From the NCBI GenBank assembly GCA_045538205.1, contig JAZSQW010000003.1, forward strand, positions 1 through 47,829: 47,829 nt of DNA. The letters are read 5' to 3'. A program made the translations under genes and the position numbers. Below the pieces are notes generated by a model, which searched no databases, was not told the DNA's origin, and saw nothing but the letters and a program-made list of their open reading frames with translations. Positions 41,101 to 47,829 of the stretch are shown one piece after another; position 1 is the first letter of the stretch; each line of letters begins with the position of its first letter. The stretch comes from Candidatus Avigastranaerophilus sp. Its GTDB lineage: Bacteria > Cyanobacteriota > Vampirovibrionia > Gastranaerophilales > Gastranaerophilaceae.

Positions 41101-44074
41101 CAGTTTTTCCGCTTTGAGCAATGAGGAAAAGAACAGTTTGTTTATCACTTCCAGAATAGCCAAATTTAGGGATGAAGCACCTACATACTTTGACATTACA
41201 GATGCCATATTTCACAGGAACTGGATAGAAGTTCACGCTGGTACAGACCAGAGAGCAAAGAACACTTATCCCTATTGCTTTGGTGATGGGTATAAATGGA
41301 AATGGCGGTTTGATGATATGGATACAATCTTTGACACCGACAATCAAGGATAGCCACTAAAGAAGTATTCTGTAGAAGTACAGGATGAAGGGGTTTGGAA
41401 CGGACAAACCAGCAACTTCTGGAACTTGATAGATTTGGCATACCCAGAGGAAATACATAATGAAATGACTGCCTTTTTAAATGCAATGGAAACACTGGGG
41501 GGATTGAATGTAGGGGATGATTACGGCAAACTGTATGCCTACTTCAAACGGTTCTATTTAGACAATTCACAGTATTTCCCTGCTGCCGTAGTTAATGCTG
41601 ATACAAAGTACTGCTATGAGACTGCCAAACTGAATACGCAGTATGTGAATGATACAGACCCGATGACACAGGCACTGGGCGATCATTATTCTGCTGAAAG
41701 TGCTTGGATAAGCAAACGTATCAATTACATAATGAGTAAGTACAGCTATGGTAATTTCAGTGCTCACGGTAACGATACTATCATAGTCCGTGCAGCAGGT
41801 GATTTGATTAACTACCAGCTTACACCAGCCATAGATTTGTACCCGAATATAGCTAATGGTACTTCCATAGTGAGAGGTAACAGAACTTATGCAGGTGATA
41901 CTACTGTTATGACTATTGATTTGGGTGGTAGTGCAGACCAGCAGAACATTATACAGGGTGCAAGTTGGTACAGTTCTATAGGTGACTGGCACGACAAGAA
42001 CGTAAAGGGAACTATGACTATACAGGGTAAGAGATTACAGGAACTTGTATTAGGCAGTAAGACAGATGATATAACCATAAAGATAGATGCCTTAGAAGTA
42101 AAATCTACCTGTAAATCATTACAAAGCATCCTTCTTAGTAACATATCCACTTTGAAGGGTAATCTGGATTTGTCGGGGTGTACACATTTAAGGGAAATAT
42201 ACGCAGATGGTACGGCACTTTCACAGATAATACTTCCAAAGGGTTCACTGGAGCACATAGAATACCCAGATACCAGCCAGTATTTGAATCTGTAGAACTA
42301 TCCGCTTTTGACTTATGATAATGTAAAACTGGGTAATAGTATAGGTAATATCAATGATATGATAATAACTGCCTGCCCATAGATGTAGCCTGTAAGGATG
42401 CTTAGTGACATTATCAGTGAAGATAACCATTCTTTGAAGCGTATAAGGCTAACAGATTTTAATGAAGTGTTTGATTCTTCCAATGGTTCTAAGGTGTTGG
42501 ATAATCTGGCTATCCTTACAAATGGTAACTATACTGGACTGGATGCAAACGGCATAGAGATAGAAGGCAGTTATCCGTTTCTGGATGGTACTATAACGGT
42601 AAACTGTAACTGCTATGAAGATTCTGTAGAAGCATTAAGAAGCAAGTTCAACAGATTAACTATTAATGTGAACGGACAATATTACATTAGATTCAAAGAC
42701 CAGCAGACACAGGATTATATAGTAGGTTTGTGGGGGGATGGCAAAGGGGTAACAAAAAGTGCGTTGAAACCTTTAACCAGTTCCTATTATGGTACTTTGT
42801 TCTTTGCTTATGTAAGTAATGGCACAGCAGATGGAAAACCTACTGACGATAGATTATTAAGACCTATCAGTATGAATTATGAACTGGGAGAATACTTTGA
42901 TGAATTGAAGTACTTTACAGGGTGTGAAAGGGTTACGATGTATAATACAAGGTTAAAAGGGGCTATATTCCCTGCTTAGTTAAATAATGCTTCTGGGCCA
43001 AAGATAGCTGTGGCAGGATCTACTGTAGAATATGTCAAATATATGGACGGTGAATAGAATTTGACGGTTTCATTTGATAATAACTATTCAATACAGCAAA
43101 CTATAGAATTACTATATTTGCCACATAATGTAGTAAATATGGCTGATTATGTTTTCAGAAGTGTAAGCTATGGAGAATTTTATATAGCTGCCACTACACC
43201 ACCTGTAATGAAATGGGGATATGGCAGTAGTGTTAATGCTGTAAAGGGCAAAGTGTATATTCCTGTAGGTGCAAAAGCAACTTATGAAGCTGCTACATAT
43301 TGGAGTAACTTTGTAGATAAGTTTGAAGAATATGATTATGATTCAGATGGAAGGGGTGTTATTCCGTATATGGAATATACCAAAGAACTTACAGGATTAA
43401 CCAGTAGCTATAGAAAGGGGTATATAGAAACAATACTGACACCCAGAAACGCTGTAAGAGATTTGGTGTATGAATCAAATGTAGATAATTTCGTAAAGGT
43501 TAGTAAAACAGGAAAACTTACTTTTGGGAACTTTGGTACTTCACAGGTGAAGGTTTACAATTCATATAAGCCAGAACTTTTTTCCACTATAACACTATCT
43601 GTAGAAAAACCTGCTAATGGGTATTATTCATACAACGCACCTATAACATTTGATACAGGTATTCCACTTACATTAAATACTAAGATGTATATGAAGTTTA
43701 ACAACTTCCAGAAGTCTATAATGATGGGATTATGTGGTACTGCTTGGAATAGTAGTAATGGTATGTACTTTAATTCCAATAGTACAACATAGCTAAGATT
43801 CATTAATAACGGTATCACTACAGTTAATGTTACTGCTGGTGAACCTTTGGAAGTCCTGTTTGAAAATGGTAAGGTTACAGTTAATGGTACAGAATATACA
43901 TTAGGTGTAAGAACAGAATCTGCTACTGGTACTATTAAGCTATTTAATAATAACTATGCTATGGATGAACCTAATTTCATTGGTGATATGTATGAGATAA
44001 AAATATATGAAGGTGATGAACTGTTAGCCCATTATGCACCTTCAACAGATGGAACTTTGGTAGAACTTGTATAA
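38186..44074 (+). CDS. giant tail/host-recognition protein, 1962 aa (recoded, 15 TAG), with LRR and BspA-type LRR_5-like C-terminal regions
   Basis: Ten track ORFs (38186, 38855, 40016, 40379, 41078, 41426, 42398, 43061, 43847 and others) all in frame 2. All inter-ORF gaps hand-translated and contain only TAG. LRR-like segment ...LSNISTLKGNLDLSGCTHLREIYADGTALSQIILP... BspA-like segment ...FYIAATTPPVMKW...VYIPVGAKATYEAATYWSNF. TAA stop. Confidence 0.8.
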
Positions 44075-44085
44075 TTGAATGATGA

Positions 44086-44286
44086 ATGACAAAGAACACA
44101 AAACTTAATATTTAGTTGGTATCAGCTTTAATACTGGTAGTGGTAGGCTGTGGACTGCTGATAGCTGGTTTCATTGTAGCACCACTTGGAATAATAGATA
44201 GTAGTGTATTGGTCGCATTTGGTGAAACTTGTACTTTTGCTGGTGCTTTATTCGGCATAGATTATCATTATAAACTAACTAAATGA
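44086..44286 (+). CDS. holin-like two-TM small membrane protein, 66 aa (recoded, TAG at codon 10)
   Basis: MTKNTKLNI[Q]LVSALILVVVGCGLLIAGFIVAPLGIIDSSVLVAFGETCTFAGALFGIDYHYKLTK. TGA stop, then a terminator. Confidence 0.5.
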
Positions 44287-44294
44287 TAGAAAAT

Positions 44295-44327
44295 AGCCTG
44301 TAATCTTTGTGGATTGCAGGCTTTTTT
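44295..44327 (+). terminator. rho-independent terminator ending the late operon
   Basis: AGCCTGTAATC-loop-GATTGCAGGCT followed by TTTTTT. Confidence 0.75.
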
Positions 44328-44353
44328 GTTCCTTTGTAAAAAATAATAATACT

Positions 44354-45289
44354 ATGCAAACTTATAGTCAATACTTAAAAGAGACAGAAGACGGAGTACT
44401 GGAAATAGATCCTTATATCTATTTGTTATTCTATGAAAAGGAAATCCATCCTTACACCACGTTAGAAGGTGAAGAATATAGATTTTATGAAGGTGTGTCT
44501 GTAGATGAATTTATGAGTAGGCACAAAGAAGGTTTTATGAATGAGTTTATGGACTTTTTTAATGATGAGAAATTACGAAAGAAAATAGATGCTTTACAGA
44601 CAGAGTTAGTGAAAGAACATAAACAAATATGTATGATAAATATGTTTATGTTATGCTTATTTCTAATTGAAAAGGCTAAATCTAAATATTTCTGGTTATT
44701 GAAACCGCAAATAAAGGAAACCTTAGCTGAATTAAAAGATGTAAAGAAAATCACTTTTACAAATACAGATGGCACTAAGGTAGAAAGTAATTCTGATATA
44801 TTGATTAAAACTGTACTGGAAGCATTAGAAGCAAAGAAAGATGAAACTAAATATGAAATTGGGAAGATGGTAAGTTGGGATAAGATTTCTAATAATGTTT
44901 TAATGCAAAGTTATTTTATACACGACTTAACAGAGTTCTTGAACAAATACTTTCCAATTAAAAGAAAGAATGATGCTTTGATTTCAATGAAAGAGCAGGA
45001 ACTAATTTCTTTGTTAATGTATCATTTTAAACTTTCTCCAACGGTTGTAACTGAATCACGTTACAGACAGTTGAGACTTTATTACAATACCATTAAGAAA
45101 ACAAACACAGATTTTTGTAATTTCCCATTTGCTAATGGAGAACATAAACTTATGATTATGCCAGAGTTTATACCTTATTCTAAATGGAAGAAAGGAAAGA
45201 TAAACTGGACTAATCCAGAAGATGTTATTTTAACACCCGAAGTAGGTAACACGTTCACTTTTGCCAAAGATATGGAGATTGATATTTAA
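44354..45289 (+). CDS. hypothetical protein, 311 aa (TAG-free)
   Basis: Uninterrupted ORF. ATG at 44354 preferred, as it follows a TTccTTTG box. TAA stop. Confidence 0.65.
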   Translation: MQTYSQYLKETEDGVLEIDPYIYLLFYEKEIHPYTTLEGEEYRFYEGVSVDEFMSRHKEGFMNEFMDFFNDEKLRKKIDALQTELVKEHKQICMINMFMLCLFLIEKAKSKYFWLLKPQIKETLAELKDVKKITFTNTDGTKVESNSDILIKTVLEALEAKKDETKYEIGKMVSWDKISNNVLMQSYFIHDLTEFLNKYFPIKRKNDALISMKEQELISLLMYHFKLSPTVVTESRYRQLRLYYNTIKKTNTDFCNFPFANGEHKLMIMPEFIPYSKWKKGKINWTNPEDVILTPEVGNTFTFAKDMEIDI

Positions 45290-45314
45290 ATTATTTATTT
45301 ACAATTATTTATAG

Positions 45315-45348
45315 CCTGTTTTGCATTAATTGTAGAACAGGTTTTTTT
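45315..45348 (+). terminator. rho-independent terminator
   Basis: CCTGTT...AACAGG followed by TTTTTTT. Confidence 0.6.
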
Positions 45349-45423
45349 GTTGGTCAAGCGTTAATATTTTGAGAATCAATTTTCTAACACATTGACTATT
45401 TGGAAGTTACATAAAAGTGATTG

Positions 45424-45431
45424 TATCTTTG
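45424..45431 (+). promoter_or_regulatory. -7 box TAtcTTTG
   Basis: 67 nt upstream of the ATG at 45498. The 5' UTR holds a CACCAG/CTGGTG hairpin. Confidence 0.4.
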
Positions 45432-45497
45432 CACCAGAAAAATTAATAACTGGTGTGCCAGATACCGAAATAAATCCACAGGGCAGTGGTGAAAGAA

Positions 45498-46388
45498 ATG
45501 ACAAAAGAAATTAAAAATGAGATTTCAAACGTAGTATTTAACCAAGCTAAAGAAACTGGAATGAGAGTAACGACAGTAGAAGACCTTCAAGCAGAAGGCA
45601 AAGAGATTGTTTATTTGAAGTTTAACCGTGATGTTAAGGTTAAGAATGCAAAAGGAGGGTACAAGCCAACAACCCACGTTAAGAACTTGATGAAATCCAT
45701 TAAGGAGGAAGGACTGCATACACCTTTGTATGTAATACCTGCTGAAGTAGCTTTAGCTGAAGGGCTTGAATTGGTAGATGCTGACGGTAACGATGTTACT
45801 GATGGCACTGATAAATATGTGCTGATTGACGGCAACAATAAAAACGAAGCTATAATGTTGCTTAGGGCTACAGATGATGCAGGTAAGGCTTCAGAGCCAA
45901 TAAAGTGTTTGGTGAATGAAACAGCTACAAACATAAAACAGAAGGTTATGACTATGAATAACGTCGTTAAAACTTGGGGCTATGATGATTCTGTAAAGGC
46001 TGCTTCTGTACTTAATAAAGAAGATGAAGGTTTGGCTTTCTTGAAAAAACTTTCAGATTTGAAGTTTACTCCTTCTACAACTTCTTTAATGTTGGCTGGC
46101 AGAGTAGGTGTAATAAAGAAGAATACTCTTATGAATTACACTCCCGAACTTTGGGAAAGCTGCAACTTAGGCAGAGCTAAGAAAGTTCTGGAAACAGCTA
46201 AAAAAGCAGGCTTTAGTATCAGCTATATCAAGAAAAGATATATGCACGAAGCAATTCAAGAAGGCTTAAATAGAACTGGAAACATTGAATCAGTAATAAA
46301 TGCCTTAGAATCTTTCACCAAAGAAGAAATTAAAGAGATTGAAAAAGGTGGTGATATGAAAGCGCAGTTTAGAAAGAAACTGAAATAA
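45498..46388 (+). CDS. ParB/Srx-fold nuclease-like domain protein (TAG-free)
   Basis: ...PLYVIPAE...YVLIDGNNKNEAIMLL... resembles the ParB-like N-terminal domain but lacks the canonical HR. TAA stop. Confidence 0.55.
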   Translation: MTKEIKNEISNVVFNQAKETGMRVTTVEDLQAEGKEIVYLKFNRDVKVKNAKGGYKPTTHVKNLMKSIKEEGLHTPLYVIPAEVALAEGLELVDADGNDVTDGTDKYVLIDGNNKNEAIMLLRATDDAGKASEPIKCLVNETATNIKQKVMTMNNVVKTWGYDDSVKAASVLNKEDEGLAFLKKLSDLKFTPSTTSLMLAGRVGVIKKNTLMNYTPELWESCNLGRAKKVLETAKKAGFSISYIKKRYMHEAIQEGLNRTGNIESVINALESFTKEEIKEIEKGGDMKAQFRKKLK

Positions 46389-46421
46389 GAGAAAACTTTA
46401 GCCATAGTAATAATGAAAAAA

Positions 46422-46452
46422 AGCCAGTAGGATTATTCCTGCTGGCTTTTTT
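46422..46452 (+). terminator. rho-independent terminator
   Basis: AGCCAGTAGG-loop-CCTGCTGGCT followed by TTTTTT. Confidence 0.75.
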
Positions 46453-46486
46453 GTGTGTTTGTAGTTCTTCTATAAAATCAATTTGC

Positions 46487-46494
46487 TACCTTTG
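46487..46494 (+). promoter_or_regulatory. -7 box TAccTTTG
   Basis: 16 nt upstream of the ATG at 46510. Confidence 0.45.
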
Positions 46495-46509
46495 CATAAA
46501 AAATACAGG

Positions 46510-47190
46510 ATGGATAAGGAAACATTAATAAAAGCAATAAATCACAAGGAATATGGCAATAGCCTTATTTCAATTTGGTATAATATCGGTAGGGCTTTAC
46601 CATTCAGAGCACAGAGATTTCCAGATGGTAGGGTTTCAGATTGGTATAGGTCACAGTTTGTAGAAGTACATAGTGTTAAGCCCAGTGGTAAAGGGGCAAA
46701 GTATGGTAATGCTTATGGCTTCTATTATAGGAATGATGAAAGAGCAAATGCAGATGATAATCCAGATTATAGCTGGTGTAATATTGATGATTCAGAGCCA
46801 AAAGATATACCACACGCAGCTTGTGGTTCTTGGGTTCTTATTGATATTCTTGGTGAAGCTACAGCAGAACCGACCAAAGTATATGGGGTTAATGATGTAT
46901 TAGAAAAAGGCAAATATAAAGGAAAAACTGTAGCAGAAGTTATTCATTCAGATTGGAGCTGGGTTAAATGGGCGGAAACTAATAGTGAACAATTCTTCTT
47001 TAAGTGGGATGAAGTCTTGGAAGAACGGAAGAAAAGTATAAAGATTTTGCAGCCAGAAGATATACTTACTTTTGGAAAGTATAAGGGTAAGACAATAAAA
47101 GATATAGCAGAAAATGATTTCAACTATCTTAGGTGGTTAGCTGATAGAACAGATGATTTTGCAATTAATTTTGAAGGGTTGAAAGATTAG
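46510..47190 (+). CDS. protein with two DUF3820-like (GKYKGKT...Y[LV].W) repeats; the only prophage gene whose stop is TAG
   Basis: GKYKGKTVAEVIHSDWSWVKWAETN and GKYKGKTIKDIAENDFNYLRWLADRT. TAG at 47188-47190 is followed 19 nt later by a 12-bp terminator stem. Confidence 0.7.
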   Translation: MDKETLIKAINHKEYGNSLISIWYNIGRALPFRAQRFPDGRVSDWYRSQFVEVHSVKPSGKGAKYGNAYGFYYRNDERANADDNPDYSWCNIDDSEPKDIPHAACGSWVLIDILGEATAEPTKVYGVNDVLEKGKYKGKTVAEVIHSDWSWVKWAETNSEQFFFKWDEVLEERKKSIKILQPEDILTFGKYKGKTIKDIAENDFNYLRWLADRTDDFAINFEGLKD

Positions 47191-47208
47191 AAACAAATTC
47201 AAAATGGG

Positions 47209-47250
47209 ATAGCCTACTTTTTCAAATAGAAAGTGGGCTATTCGTCTTAT
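47209..47250 (+). terminator. hairpin ATAGCCTACTTT-loop-AAAGTGGGCTAT plus T-rich tail
   Basis: Read directly. Lies inside the 24-codon extension that TAG read-through would create. Confidence 0.55.
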
Positions 47251-47393
47251 TAAGGGTATGGGGTGAAATTTTAGAGGTTTAAGGCTTGAAACCCCAGCCC
47301 AGCCTTCTTTCCACAAAAAGTAATTCCCATTATTCAAAATCTATCATTTTTGCAATTCTAAATTAAAACTGCTACATTATGTTTCTAGAATTA

Positions 47394-47419
47394 CGGGAAC
47401 ATTGTTAATACTTGTTATG
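47394..47419. other. attR: phage arm CGGGAACATT (47394-47403), core AATACT (47407-47412), host arm TTGTTATG
   Basis: Mirror image of attL; see the integration-site finding. Confidence 0.7.
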
Positions 47420-47781
47420 TCTGCATCAATCTCTTGAATGACAAGCCCTTCGGGGCGTTTGCGTTTGTCCTTGTTCGCCCCTTTGGAGTTCACCTCGTTC
47501 TTCCACTCCCGTTCGCGTCTGAGGTTCTCCTCGTCGCGCAGGCGTATGTCGGCCATGATGTAGTTGATGGGCTGGCTGATGCAGTCCTTGCCCGCGCCCG
47601 TGCCCGCCATCAGCACGTTCATCAGTGTGGCCTCGTGCGCCACGTTGTCGATGTATCGGAAGGTCACCCGGTGCAGATGCGCCCCCAGCGGGGGAAACAC
47701 CGCGTGTGCCACGGCAGGCTTGTAGAGGTCAGGCGTGCGGCTCAGCAAGAGGGTGATGAGGGGAGGGAGCCGTTTGGGCAT
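47413..47781 (-). pseudogene. N-terminal about 125 codons of the split P-loop NTPase gene
   Basis: MPKRLPPLITLLLSRTPDLYKPAVAHAVFPPLGAHL...LMAGTGAGKD (Walker A-like). In the lysogen it runs 9 codons into phage DNA, to the TAA at 47377. Confidence 0.7.
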
Positions 47782-47829
47782 GGGGGGAAAAGACCCACCT
47801 GAATCCTCCCTGTGAGGGAGGACTTGAGA

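Larger units (their letters stand above)
13769..47412. mobile_element. integrated temperate siphovirus-like phage, about 33.6 kb, lytic genes TAG-recoded
   Basis: Sharp drop in GC, serine integrase at the left end, complete head/tail module, AATACT direct repeat at both ends, split host gene. Confidence 0.9.

Noticed and set aside
22283-44286. The fragmented structural genes could mean a decayed, pseudogenised prophage.
   Set aside because: Decay would give a mix of TAA/TGA/TAG stops and frameshifts. Here all roughly 66 interruptions are TAG, the frame is always kept, start-stop overlaps are intact and the proteins remain colinear with their families.
47255-47300. GGGGT...ACCCC hairpin with a TTTAGAG/CTCTAAA loop, considered as a second suppressor tRNA.
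   Set aside because: No D or T arms can be drawn, and the element order is wrong on both strands. It is only a simple hairpin.
13761-47421. Alternative att model with a GTC core (13761-13763 / 47419-47421), treating the CATAACAA/TTGTTATG motifs as phage arms.
   Set aside because: It leaves the rebuilt host gene out of frame. It also gives no common symmetry centre, whereas the AATACT model restores the frame and centres both attB and attP on the same base.

Overview
The window has two parts. (1) Positions 1-13.77 kb and 47.41-47.83 kb are GC-richer Bacteroidales-type chromosome, Prevotella-like by inference. The evidence is TAnnTTTG -7 promoter boxes, a T9SS sorting-domain protein and a PorT-like OMP. 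This part carries standard-code housekeeping genes (uvrA 5' part, proS, glnS, LysM protein, OmpA-like lipoprotein, TPR protein, DedA) plus odd intergenic octamer repeats and REP/MITE-like palindromes. (2) Positions 13769-47412 are a 33.6-kb AT-rich siphovirus-like prophage with an HK97-type head module and a TP901-1-like tail. A large serine recombinase has inserted it into a P-loop NTPase gene. I could reconstruct attL, attR, attB and attP around a shared AATACT core, and removing the prophage restores the host reading frame. The main result is that the prophage's lytic genes use TAG as a sense codon. The supplied six-frame track shows its structural genes as strings of short same-frame ORFs. 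Every break I hand-translated is a TAG (about 66 in total). I found no in-frame TAA or TGA and no frame change. Joining across the TAGs gives full-length terS, Mom-like protein, terL, portal, protease, capsid, adaptors, major tail protein, an 825-aa tape measure and 790-, 876- and 1962-aa tail proteins. It also reveals genes hidden in an apparent ORF desert (HNH endonuclease, RHH protein). One terminase motif and the candidate tRNA's identity features suggest TAG = Gln (table-15-like). A candidate amber-suppressor tRNA (anticodon CUA) lies at 18597-18667 on the minus strand, inside the prophage. The integrase, the accessory (moron-like) cassettes and the right-arm genes contain no TAG, and one of them uses TAG as its real stop. 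The element therefore appears split into a standard-code lysogeny set and a recoded lytic set. TAG-recoded phages have been described before, so I cannot judge novelty from sequence alone. All product calls come from motifs I recognise by eye; no database search was possible.
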